From: Eledone cirrhosa
Taxonomy: Eukaryota
DNA length: 64,000 nt
Direction: 5' to 3'
NCBI GenBank assembly: GCA_964016885.1
Contig: OZ024741.1
Location: forward strand, 315,704,001-315,768,000
In this document: positions 13,308 through 24,805 of the stretch, in pieces
Numbering within the stretch: the first letter of the stretch is position 1
How the letters are laid out: every line of letters starts with the position of its first letter
The notes under the pieces: model-generated
The model's input: the letters and a program-made list of their open reading frames with translations, nothing else
Told to the model about the DNA's origin: nothing
Databases searched by the model: none
Program-made: the position numbers and the translations under genes

Positions 13308-13346
13308 TGAACAAGTACTTTCATGCTTTCGCAATCTTCAGGTTCA
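13308..13346 (-). ncRNA. 39-nt minimal type I hammerhead ribozyme
   Basis: tgaac-CTGAAGA-t-tgc-gaaa-gca-t-GAAA-GTAC-TT-gttca; 5-bp stem I, palindromic AAGTACTT. Confidence 0.8.
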
Positions 13347-13538
13347 TAATATGTGGTGACAGTCAAGTTTGCAATTTTCAACTGTGATGTGTTGGTGTAA
13401 ATGGTAGTACAGTGGTCCGGATAACCAAAGATGTACGTCAATACTCATCTTTTTCCATTTCTCCGAGGGTTCTTAACCCCACTATCAGGCTAAATAATTT
13501 CTTTAATTTCTTTAGTCAAAAAACGGCGATAGCTAATA

Positions 13539-13591
<53 letters not shown>

Positions 13592-13671
13592 GATAGGAGC
13601 CAGCCTCCTATCTTAATGGTCGTTTATATTTATGGTACGTCAAAATTATTTATAAAACTGTTTATATATTG

Positions 13672-13737
13672 TATTTTATCTGACGAAGGCATGCCATATT
13701 TTTAATATGGTATCCCTGAAATATGTATAATGAAATA
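13672..13737 (+). ncRNA. Type I hammerhead ribozyme, homologous to 7810-7880
   Basis: tattttat-CTGACGA-aggcatgccatatt-ttt-aatatggtatccct-GAAA-tatgta-TA-atgaaata; host fragment 13589-13868 starts with a short fold-back TTAAGATAGGAG/CTCCTATCTTAA. Confidence 0.82.
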
Positions 13738-13865
13738 AATATGGTTCTATAAATATAGTTTCCATTTGTTTAATATCGTATATCTACTCCAAAAATTTGT
13801 CGAGTGCTTTATATCGGTTATAAAATATTTACTTGTTGTAACCCAACAATTTTAAATAAAACTTT

Positions 13866-13903
<38 letters not shown>

Positions 13904-13923
13904 TATATATATATATATATATA

Positions 13924-14078
<155 letters not shown>

Positions 14079-14090
14079 GTGGGAAAGTAT

Positions 14091-14305
14091 AACGAAGGAA
14101 ATGTGGTAAGGAACCAGATGGACCATCACGCCGCACCAAAGTTCTCAATACTTAGAGTAGTAGAGTGGGTAATAGGAACAAGTAGGAACCCGACGGCTGA
14201 GCTCAAGCGGTTTCGACGGATAATTCTGGACTGAATTCTGGACTGAATGTCCAGAAATAGCCGTCGAAACGGACTGAGCTCAGCCGTCAGGGTTCTACTT
14301 GTTCC

Positions 14306-14307
<2 letters not shown>
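14091..14307 (-). mobile_element. Short fold-back hairpin element (family H)
   Basis: ~58-bp inverted arms (14174-14232 / 14249-14307) plus an ~80-bp unpaired tail; in (TA)n. Confidence 0.8.
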
Positions 14308-14365
<58 letters not shown>

Positions 14366-14487
14366 CATGTAAATAGTTTAGGCATTCTAACGTCCAGTTA
14401 CTGTAGGTTCACCAAAGTCACCACTCGATGTATAGTTTCCAGTAAGTATATAGGTGTTGTACTAAGCAGGGCGTAATAATAATAATA

Positions 14488-14872
14488 ATTGTTTCTACTA
14501 TTGGCACAAGGCCAGCAATTTCCCAGTACATTACTGGTACTTTATTTTATCGACCCCGTAAGGATGAGAGGCAAAGTTAACCTCGGCGGGATTTGAACTC
14601 AGAATGGCAAGGGCCGTAACTGTATGCGTTAAAGCATGGCGTCCGGCCCTCTACCGATACTGCCAATTTACCACAAGGCCAGCGATTTTGGGGAGGGGAA
14701 AGTCGATTAAATCAACCCCAGTTCGTTATTGGTACTTTATTTTATCGACCTCGTAAAGATGAAAGGTAAAGCTAACCTCGGCGGGATGTGAACTCAGATC
14801 GCAAAGGGCCGTAACTTTATGCTACACATCATGTTGTCCGGTATCCCACCGATACTGCCAATCCGCCACCCT
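14488..14872 (-). mobile_element. Two tandem Meta-domain SINEs
   Basis: Two copies of gtactttattttatcgacc..aggcaaagttaacctcggcgggatttgaactc. Confidence 0.85.
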
Positions 14873-15427
14873 CATAAGTGTAATAGTAATAATAATAAAA
14901 AGGACAAAGTGCTAGATCTTCATTACATTTATTGAGGTGTGACGCACGTTTTGCAATTGATCGGCTCAATACTCGATCTGTATCGATCTGGCCCGACTCT
15001 GGAATCAAAATCTCATCTGACTTCTGTTATATATATATATAAACTTGTAAAGAGTTCTTATGGTAGGGGATAGAACTTAGAGGGTCAATTGTAATTTGGA
15101 TAAGAGAAATAACTCTTACGTAGACCTATTCCAAATAGAAGGAACTTGTTCGTACATATGGTTTGAACATTTATTACGTGGACCGAGTAGATATAGCAGA
15201 ATATTTATCTAAAGGTTAATAGATATTATTGAGGTTAGAGCTTCGTTGGAGAGGTGCTCCTTTTGCGGATTTTTATGTGCAAGAAAGATATTATAGATGG
15301 GAAAGTTTTATAGAGAGGGGTTGGGATAAGTTCACTGCCCTTAAACACGCTGTGACTTCTCTCTCCCACGTGTAGCTGGACAGTCAATTGTAAAATTCTC
15401 TTAGTGTTGTCTGAAATGTATGGCCTT

Positions 15428-15508
15428 ACACACGCTGATGAACCGAGACTAGACCATTTCTTTCAACAAATTTTTTGGTGAAACATATCTTTGGATTTGT
15501 ACGTGTGT
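15428..15508 (+). ncRNA. Type I hammerhead ribozyme with three complete stems
   Basis: acacacg-CTGATGA-accgaga..ttttggt-GAAA-catatc-tttg-gatttG-TA-cgtgtgt; perfect 7-bp stem I, GUA site. Confidence 0.88.
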
Positions 15509-15764
15509 TATATAGTTATAGAGGTATTTATTTACGCTTTAATTTATATTTTTAATTATCGTGTCTATAGTCTGCCTTTCATAGGTTATAGATTCCATAC
15601 ACTGGTGGGTTTTTTCCCTGTATTATTGATAACGCACTATATATCTTTCTCTGGTGTGTTACCTTCTCAACATATTATATTTTAAAGGGCTCAGGATCTC
15701 TTCCCCTTTGAGCACATTATTTACAGGGAATAACGATGGCCTATGCCTCCGTTAATTTATCGTG

Positions 15765-15819
<55 letters not shown>

Positions 15820-15834
15820 TGTGTATGTGCGTGT

Positions 15835-16046
15835 GAAGGCGCATGGCTGAGTGGTTAGAGAATTGGATTCATAATCATGAGGTTGTGAGTTCGATTTACG
15901 GACCGGGCAATGCGTTATGTCCTTGAGCAAGACACTTTATTTCACGTTACTCCTTCTACCTGGAGTTGCGACCGATAGATAGTATTATCAACTAGAAAGA
16001 CCAATGGAAATATTGTTTCCTCGGTCCGATTTGACGAAAGTCGATC

Positions 16047-16047
<1 letters not shown>
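15835..16047 (+). mobile_element. tRNA-derived CORE-like SINE
   Basis: A box TGGCTGAGTGG, B box GAGTTCGATT, CORE-like gtccttgagcaagacactt. Confidence 0.82.
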
Positions 16048-16099
<52 letters not shown>

Positions 16100-16100
<1 letters not shown>

Positions 16101-16305
16101 AGGAACGCGTAGGACCCCGACGGCTGAGCTCAAGCCGTTTCGACGGCTAATTCTGGACTAAGACTAGTCCAGAATTAGCCGTCGAAACGGCTTGAGCTCA
16201 CCCGTCGGGGTCCTACTCGTTCCTATTACCCACTCTACTACCCTAAGTATTGAGTACTTTAGTGCGTTATGGTTCATCTGGTTCCGTACCACATTTCCTT
16301 CGTTA
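16100..16305 (+). mobile_element. Short fold-back hairpin element (family H)
   Basis: Near-perfect ~60-bp arms centred at ~16162 plus a ~79-bp tail. Confidence 0.82.
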
Positions 16306-16525
16306 TATATATATATACTCTGAGCTATAATTTATCAATTTATTGATATCATCTCATTGAGTGCTTCATGCCACATTTTGAAGATTGATTTCGAAATATC
16401 TAATCGCAGCTGCAACTTCGATTTAACTCACTAAATATATATATATATATATATACATTATGAAGAGAAGAAACATTTAGATATAATTAGTAATAAAATG
16501 TATCATACCTAAACTGTTCCTAAAT

Positions 16526-16613
16526 TCCTCGACTACGTAGTTTCGTGGCATAAACAAAAACAATATATCAAAGATATAGAGTCCTTGCGAGGTCTGCCGA
16601 CTTATCAAGAGGA
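16526..16613 (-). ncRNA. Hammerhead ribozyme, U3-A8 variant (inverted copy)
   Basis: Reverse complement of 17207-17294. Confidence 0.78.
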
Positions 16614-17206
16614 TACCTCATTTTACTAGTCTCAAGAACGCGTCTACACGACGTGAGAAAGAATCCCAAAAGGCGGAGGGGGAGATAGTCACGCGATATA
16701 ACTGTCGAGAAACAGTTTAGGTATGATACATTTTATTACTAATTATATCTAAATGTTTCTTCTCTCTTCATAATGTATTTTTAACTCTGATACTGGTTCA
16801 GTCTAGTTCAAACTGAATTGGTCTGTCCCGGTCATTCATTGAGCAACATCGGTGAAGTTGGCACCCTTAACTCACAGTTGGGTGCGGATGCGTTCATGTA
16901 TATATGTGTGCGTCCGCATGTATCTGTGTGTTTCTAAATATATTAATAACTCCCTCTGGTCGAGCAATCTTCGAGGTGTGGGGACAACTGGAAAGCTTCC
17001 ATTACTCATACTTCTCGCCTTCTTCACTACCTCTTCTACGGCCTCGATATGAATACCCCCTCCGCCTCCGTGGTATTTTCTTCGTGGTTATAGGAGGCTT
17101 AGCTCTGTTTCTCGACAGTTATATCGCGTGACTATCTCCCCCTCCGCCTTTTGGGATTCTTTCTCACGTCGTGTAGACGCGTTCTTGAGACTAGTAAAAT
17201 GAGGTA

Positions 17207-17294
17207 TCCTCTTGATAAGTCGGCAGACCTCGCAAGGACTCTATATCTTTGATATATTGTTTTTGTTTATGCCACGAAACTACGTAGTCGAGGA
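17207..17294 (+). ncRNA. Type I hammerhead ribozyme with U3-A8 core
   Basis: tcctc-TTGATAA-gtcggca...tgccac-GAAAC-TACGTA-GTC-gagga. Confidence 0.8.
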
Positions 17295-17522
17295 ATTTAG
17301 GAACAGTTTAGGTATGATACATTTTATTACTAATTATATCTAAATGTTTCTTCTCTCTTCATAATGTATTTTTAACTCTGATACTGGTTCAGTCTAGTTC
17401 AAACTGAATTGGTCTGTCCCGGTCATTCATTGAGCAACATCGGTGAAGTTGGCACCCTTAACTCACAGTTGGGTGCGGATGCGTTCATGTATATATGTGT
17501 GCGTCCGCATGTATCTGTGTGT

Positions 17523-17573
<51 letters not shown>

Positions 17574-17674
17574 TATTGAAGTTTCCGTTGAAAATTGAAA
17601 AAGTGATAGGAGTGAAGAGTGCTCTATGTAAGTACCAGAGCTAAATTTAATGTATAATAAACAATACAATATAA

Positions 17675-17748
17675 TTACCTCATTACCAGAGGTTTCCCGA
17701 ATAAGACGAATACAAAAAACGTCCTCATTCGTTTATCGGACAAGGCAA
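17675..17748 (-). ncRNA. Decayed hammerhead (core CCGATAA)
   Basis: Inverted homolog of 18470-18543 with core substitutions. Confidence 0.6.
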
Positions 17749-18469
17749 TTTAAAACATAGTGAAATATTTGAAAAATCTCCTCAAGAATGGCAAAAGGTT
17801 AACGGGCAAAAAAAATCTATAAATAAAAGTAATGCAAGAGTTATATAAAAAAAAAAAGGAAATATAGTTAGGGTATGTCTATAAATGTGTGTATATTTAC
17901 TCACAAATGTACATATGTGCGTATGTACAAATGCATGTGTATAGTGAAAATGCGTGCGTAAGTACATATATGAGGGCAAGCATATCAGTGTATGTGTGAT
18001 CACAAATACGTATATATTTCATTTTTATACATGTATCGAGCCTCAGACTGACACTCCCTTCCCTGTCTATCATTCGCATATATGTGATCGCGCGTATGTG
18101 TGTGTTTATACGCGTGCTTTCATACTTGTATGTGTATATATTTAATACCTGAATCTGGATGTATGTTAACTATATTATCTTACAATTTCTTTTTCAACTT
18201 ATATTATATACGTATTTGTGGTCACACATACACTGATATGCTTGCCCTCATATATGTACTTACGCGCACATTTTCACTATACACATGCATTTGTACATAC
18301 ACACATATGTACATTTGTGAGTGAATATACACACATGTATACACATACCCTAACTATATTTTGGTTTTTTTTATATATCTCTTGCATTACTTTATTTATA
18401 TTTTTTTTTTGCCTGTTAAACTCTTGCCTTTCTTGAGGAGATTTTTCAAATATTTCACTATGTTTTAAA

Positions 18470-18543
18470 TTGCCTTGTCTGACGAACGAATGAGGACGTT
18501 TTTTGTATTCGTCCTATTCGGGAAACCTCTGGTAATGAGGTAA
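18470..18543 (+). ncRNA. Type I hammerhead ribozyme
   Basis: ttgccttgt-CTGACGA-a-cgaatgaggacg..cgtcctattcg-g-GAAAC-ctctg-GTA-atgaggtaa; 9-bp stem I with G-U pairs. Confidence 0.83.
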
Positions 18544-18628
18544 TTATATTGTATTGTTTATTATACATTATATATACATCAAAACATACTTACTTGATAT
18601 ATATATACATGTATATATATATATATAT

Positions 18629-18673
<45 letters not shown>

Positions 18674-18676
18674 GAA

Positions 18677-18890
18677 CGATCGACTTTCGTCAAATCGGAC
18701 CGAGGGAACAATGTTTCCGTTGGTCTTTCCAATTGCTAATACTATCTATCGGCCGCAACTCCAGGTAGAAGGAGCAACGTGAAATAAAATGTCTTGCTCA
18801 AGGACATAACGCATCGCCTGGTCCAGGAATCGAACTCACAACCTTACGATTGCGAATCCAATTCTCTAACCACTCAGCCACACGCCTTCA
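18677..18890 (-). mobile_element. tRNA-derived CORE-like SINE
   Basis: Reverse-complement homolog of 15835-16047. Confidence 0.82.
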
Positions 18891-18913
18891 CTTATATATA
18901 TATATATGTATGT

Positions 18914-18992
<79 letters not shown>

Positions 18993-19253
18993 CATAAACG
19001 CATACACACACATACATGCACACTTATATATTTCATTTGAACAGCAAATTTTCCTGTGTTACATTTTCATTAAATCCCAACCGTCAATTTAGTAGCTGTG
19101 CTAATATTGCGCTTTACGTTGTTTTGTCCTAACGACAACTCTAGGCAAAAGCTGGAGAAAACGGAAAAACCGATAAAGCGAGAGACAGAGAGAGGATAGA
19201 TAATAGTAGGGGAAGGTACCCCCTCCTGCCACATATATGCTTGAGCTTAGAGG

Positions 19254-19288
<35 letters not shown>

Positions 19289-19374
19289 GTGTGAGCGTGC
19301 GCGTATGTGTGTGTATCAATCTATTTCTCATATATATATATATAGCGAGAGAGAGCGAGAGGGGGAGAGAGAGG

Positions 19375-19449
<75 letters not shown>

Positions 19450-19639
19450 TGGTAGAGGCCGATAGAAGGGAAGAATTGTTAGATTTTCTCAGCTAAGAGA
19501 TTGATGAATTTCTGTGCGTCTTTGTATCCATTAGCAGCTGACATGACGCGAGGGAAGATGGTGAATGTAGAGTTAGTAGAGTTGAGGCTGCTAGCTGGGT
19601 GTATTACTGTTGGAGTACTGGTTGCCGGGTGAGCGTATT

Positions 19640-20085
19640 GGTGTTGAGTTCAGTGTTCTGGGTGGATGTATTGATGTTGGAGTTCAGTGTGGTGGGTGGA
19701 TGTATTGGTGTTGTGTTCAGTGTGGTGGGTGGATGTATTGGTGTTGTGTTCAGTGTGGTGGGTGGATGTATTGATGTTGGAGTTCAGTGTGGTGGGTGTT
19801 TGTATTGGTGGTGAAGTTCAGGCTGATAGGTGGTTGCAATGGTGGTAGAGTAGAGGAGGTGGTGAAGTTCAGCGTCCTAGATAGTTGTATTGGTGGTCAA
19901 GTACAGTGTGCTGGATGGGTGTATTGTGGTAGAGTAGAGGAGGCCGGATGGGTGTATTGGTGGTGGAGTACAAGAGGTCGGGTGGGCGTATTGGTAGTGG
20001 AGTACAGGAAGTGGGTGGGCGTATTGGTGGTGGAGTACAGGATGCCGGGTGGGTGTATTGGTGGTGCAGTACAGGAGGCTGCGTA
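19640..20085. repeat. G/T-rich ~30-bp degenerate minisatellite
   Basis: Repeated gttcagtgtggtgggtggatgtattggtgtt, then ggtggagtacagga variants. Confidence 0.7.
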
Positions 20086-20559
20086 AGTTTATCGGTGGTG
20101 GAGAACCCCAGACGCATTGTTGAAAGCAGGTGTAGAGGAGGACTTTTTATTACGAAGTCAGCGTATAGTTAGCTGCCAGATCACTTTGTTTGCTGATCTG
20201 AAGTCAGATTCCAGCTTAACCCCAAAGTCCACCCATGTCTTAAATCTGAATGTCTATACCACCTCTGCTGCGATTTAACGCGCCTGATTGAGAACTTATT
20301 TCCAATCCAAGCTTTGTTAGTCTTCTTTGTTCGGATGGCCTCTTTGAACTCTTAATTGAATCAAGGACTCTTCCTGCTATCCGGTGCATCACAGGTACCG
20401 ACTGGATATCCCGAATGCACCCGAATGAACCTGGTACAATTGCATAAGGTTGTCTATTTAGAGAGGTTTTTCAAGATTATCAGATAGGGATAACGTAGAG
20501 TGTCCACAGCTACGAATGATCATATATTCAGACCACAAATGTGGGATTTACATGGTCGA

Positions 20560-21482
20560 ACTAGATAAAATATGGAGAGGAATATTTGACAGTAGCAATC
20601 GTCAACATCAGGTTATGCTGAGCTCTCGAGAACGCGATTAGAGCAGAATCAATAGTTTTTAGTAAAGATGTAGCAATCGAAAAAAAATATAGAGCATAAG
20701 GTGAGTTTGTAACTGAATTAGAAAAGACGATAATGAGTGGTATTGCAAATGACGTGTTAGTTGCAAGAATGGCAGTAAACCATTTCTTTTAATACGAAAC
20801 ACGAAGTTTGCATTGTCAGAGCTAAGGGACATGCTCTAAGACACACAGAAATAAGGCTACAATTCAATTTCTGGTCGGTCGACTTTAAATGGAAGATGCA
20901 GCGTGTTGCGAAAAGCCGACAACAATATGGGAAGCCTTAAGCGGATGTACGAGGCAGAAGTCTCTGAGTTTAGATGGTATTTCTTACGAGTTTTACGTAG
21001 AGATGCCAGACTTAATCTCCAATGTTCTGGAAGTTGTCGACTGCAACTGGCAATAGAGCGAGATAATTCCTAACTCTGTAAGTCAGAGAGTAGAAAGGTT
21101 GATCAAGAAAGACAAGAACAAGTGGGGCGTTATTGATAATTTCTTCTCAACACAGAGTGTGAGATTTTGACTAAGGTGCTAGCAAGGAGGTAGGAGAAGC
21201 GTAAACGTGTGTAATTCCCAGCAGATTTATACACCTCAACTTCCACCTCGTGCGATACATCATATGAGACTCTGATCTATTTATATCGACCAAAGCTTTC
21301 GATAGTGCTGACAGTCGATACCTGAAGATTGTCCTCAAATCAGCTGGTTTCGGTCCCGTCTTCAGAGGCTGGATCGCTGCAACGTATAGCGGCACCTGCT
21401 CGGTGTTCAGAGTAAAGGACCACTTATCAGAACCGTTTCAAATCCTGCGCTCGGTTCGTCAAGTATGCCCTCTCTCCTCCCT
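20560..21482 (+). pseudogene. Old degenerate Tx1-like ORF2 fragment
   Basis: AIRAESIVFSK..IEK, STKAFDS, AGFGPVFRGWIAA, RSVRQVCPLSSL align with ORF 25048-27717. Confidence 0.8.
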
Positions 21483-21511
21483 TATTTTTATTATCAATAT
21501 TATTATTATCA

Positions 21512-21705
21512 GGGGCAGTGGATTGGCAGTATCGGTAGAGAGTCGGACACCATGCTTTCCAGCATTGTTACGTCCCTTTACGGTCTGAGTTCAAATCCAG
21601 CCTAGGTTAACTTTGCCTTTCATCCTTACGGGGTCGATAAAATAAAGTACCAGTAATACACTGGGATAATTACTGGCCTTGTGCCTATAGTAGAAATCAA
21701 TATTA
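21512..21705 (+). mobile_element. Meta-domain SINE
   Basis: Full copy between (ATT)n tracts. Confidence 0.85.
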
Positions 21706-21755
21706 TTATTATCATCCTCATCATTTATTATTATTACAATTATTATTATTATTGC

Positions 21756-21811
<56 letters not shown>

Positions 21812-22425
21812 ATAGTTGTTGTTGTTGTTGTTGTTGTTGCTGTTGTTGTTGATTAGCTCTAGAAAAGCCCTGGTCATTGAGGCAAAGGTTCATTTTAAAC
21901 ACTAATGCATCTACGAATGCGTTTTATAGCGTGTCTATTTCTTTAAAAGAGGTTGGTGTATGATTTGGGATATGTTTGGTTGTTATCTCCAGCGGGTGAA
22001 TTGAATGCGTAGAGACTCCCTCGTTTAGTTTCCAATAATAGCTTCTTGTTGTTCGTGTTGTTGTTTAGCGACAAGTCACTTCTGGTCAAGTAGAAATAAA
22101 ATCAGCGCATTCTGCTAACTATCCCGTCTTCATTTCTTTCAGAAATCGGTGTATATGTGTGTATATATGCATGTATGTTTGTATGTATGCATGTATGTAT
22201 GCATGAATGTATGTATGTGTGTGTATGAATGTGTGTTTTTGTTTGTATGTGAGAATTAAAAACCCCTGCATCAGTCATGTCATGTAAATTAGGGGTAATA
22301 AAAATCAGCTTCGTTTACTTCTTGTTTAACGATTCTTTATAATCTGTGATGCATGCTATCAACATGAAGATGGCAAGTCGTTTGTTTCTCTCTCAGGCTC
22401 TCTCCCCCACTCTCATATGTATGTG

Positions 22426-22524
<99 letters not shown>

Positions 22525-22974
22525 CGTCGATAGGATCTGACCTCACTGGTGTGGTTCATGTTAGGTGGCGTTGCTCTTGTTGTTTTCGTTGATGTTGGTA
22601 ATTGATATGGTCCGATGGTGGTGGTGCTGGTTTTGTTGAGCAACTTCGCTCCAGGTAGCCATTCTACTAAATTTTATTTGTGGATGTCACAGTTGTATGA
22701 TATGTAACGATTTACTTCTCTAATACATTGGAATTACAACCAGAAACTTCTGTGATAAATCGCAAAGTTCTGATCATAGATATGTTCACAAATTTCAAGC
22801 ATTTAATTTGATCAGGATCGAACCACCTCTTGTGAAACAAGGATCCTATCCTCTGCTCTTTCTACAATATATCAACAGGAAACAGAAATTGTTTTTCTTA
22901 TTGTTATACTTTGGGAGGGTCATGCTGCTAACACACGCACTTACTGACTTGAATAATTATTAATCACATAACGA

Positions 22975-23135
22975 GAACGGTAGATGGGTAGTATCGGAAG
23001 AAAGTCGGGCAACAGGCTTTGCACCATATAATTACAGCCCCTTACGTTGTGAGTTCAAATCCCTACGAGGTTAGCTTTGCTGTTCATCCATACGGGGTTG
23101 ATAGAATAAAGTACCAATAACGCGCTGGAGTCGAT
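22975..23135 (+). mobile_element. Diverged Meta-domain SINE
   Basis: gagttcaaatccc..ttcatccatacggggttgatagaataaagtacc. Confidence 0.7.
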
Positions 23136-23859
23136 TAATTATAAAATTTGAAGTGAAAATCAACCAGTGCGGTTTTTTTTATTAACATGACTCTCCCAAT
23201 GTTTAACAATAATTGTTTCAACACATGATTTCACGCAAAGAAGCTTGCAAAACAAATACAAAAAGGAATATTCTTTATAAAAATTCGGATCGAGAGCTAA
23301 TCTGTTACTTCAGGTGTTGAAGAAAATCTATAAATCTTAGAAGAGTTAAGGGGACCTAAAATCTCCCCCAGGCGTAATACCACAGCTACTTCCTGTTTTC
23401 TTTCTGTATCAGAGATGGAAGGGCAGTATCTATGACCATTTTCAGGGATTGTTAGTCTGATGGGAGGGTGAGCAGGAGGAAGGAAGTTATCCTAAAAACC
23501 AGACTTAGACTGGATGCTTGTAGCAGAATGAACTTCGCTAAAGCTGCCCAAGTGCCATGTCATGGTGCTAAATCACGTGGTGATTCAGTATACTAGCAAT
23601 GTATACAATGACATGTGATCCCTGAACGGGAAGAGTAAAAAGAAACCCACAACAATGCGTTAACATTGCCGTCAATCCATCTCCCTGGACATCTACATTA
23701 TTTAAGCCCCACCACCACCCGAAATGATGAAAAACAAAGTTGGTCTTCGCGCTCTTTGTACTCACAGACCCTTAACGTTCACGAAACTGAGATAAGCTCG
23801 GCCTTCGTCCAAACTAAGGAAAACATGGACGTAAAGAATAACTTTAACTCTTAACTTTC

Positions 23860-24685
23860 ACTTTCCGTTTCAGTGATCGAATTCTGCATCTATATATTGT
23901 TATCCTCCGCTGCACTGCCTCCATCACTTCGGTCGGAACTGTTAGGTTGGCCCACATTTTTTTAGTTTGATAAGGTTCCATGCCTGGGCTAAACGTTGAT
24001 CTTTGTCTGTCAAGACCATGCAAAAAGATAGCTATTTTAGCTGCCGCAGCATCGAATAGCTCTTGATATTATATTTATTGTTGTTGCTGTTAATGATTCT
24101 GGTGGTAACGTTTGACTTGTCGATGTCCTTTTGCTCTTCGTTGTTTTTGGTGTTGTTGTTATCGTTGTTCTGTTGTTGGTGGGGGTGTTGTTGCTGCTGT
24201 TTTCTTCACTAGTTTTGTTGTTGCTGTAAGTGCTGTCGTTGTTCAGATTGTTGTTAGTGGAGGTATTATTAGTTTGTTGTTGGTATTGTTACCAAAGTTA
24301 CTTTCGTCTGTTTAGTTTTTGTTGTTGATATTGCTGTTGTTGTTGGTGGTGCTGGTGGTGGTGACGCTGCCTGTGGTGGTGTTGGGGTTGGTGTCTTTCG
24401 TCTCAACGTTTGAGCCGCTGTCAAATGACACTAGGCTTAACATTGAGGGACGCACACAGTCCATGTTTCTTTTTACAGAAAATAATATTTGAAAAAAGGT
24501 ACAGTTTAACAATTTGGGACGAAGGGCCAAATATTATAAGTTCGCCTTTTCACAGTGCAATGTAGGGTGCCGCATCAACAATTTCTATCGATAATGTAAC
24601 AAAAAATGTAAAGTAAATACTTGTAATTCAACGAACCATACGGAACGACACTCACGTACGTTTTCAGAGATCAAACAAAAAAGAT
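23860..24685 (-). mobile_element. 5' UTR and ORF1 start of a diverged Tx1-like LINE
   Basis: 24511-24555 resembles the Tx1 5' UTR at 36341-36390; Thr/Asn-rich start; begins next to (ATT)n. Confidence 0.55.
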
Positions 24686-24768
24686 GATAATAATAATAAT
24701 AATAATAATAATAATTGTTTCTACTTTAGGCACAAGGCCAGCAATTACCCAGTGCATTACTGGTACTT

Positions 24769-24804
<36 letters not shown>

Positions 24805-24805
<1 letters not shown>

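Larger units (their letters stand above)
16457..17526 (+). mobile_element. Non-coding hammerhead element (family C): inverted segment, partial tandem copy and a ~591-bp monomer
   Basis: 16457-16714 is the reverse complement of ~17105-17366; ~16712-16936 is a direct repeat of ~17302-17526; (TA)n on both sides; repeats look essentially identical. Confidence 0.88.
17572..18572 (-). mobile_element. Fold-back hammerhead element (family D)
   Basis: Diverged inverted arms ~17650-18015 / ~18208-18572, ~190-bp spacer, ~78-bp tail at left, in (TA)n. Confidence 0.82.

Noticed and set aside
15835-15910. tRNA genes at SINE heads
   Set aside because: A/B boxes are present but followed by repeated SINE bodies; no intact cloverleaf seen
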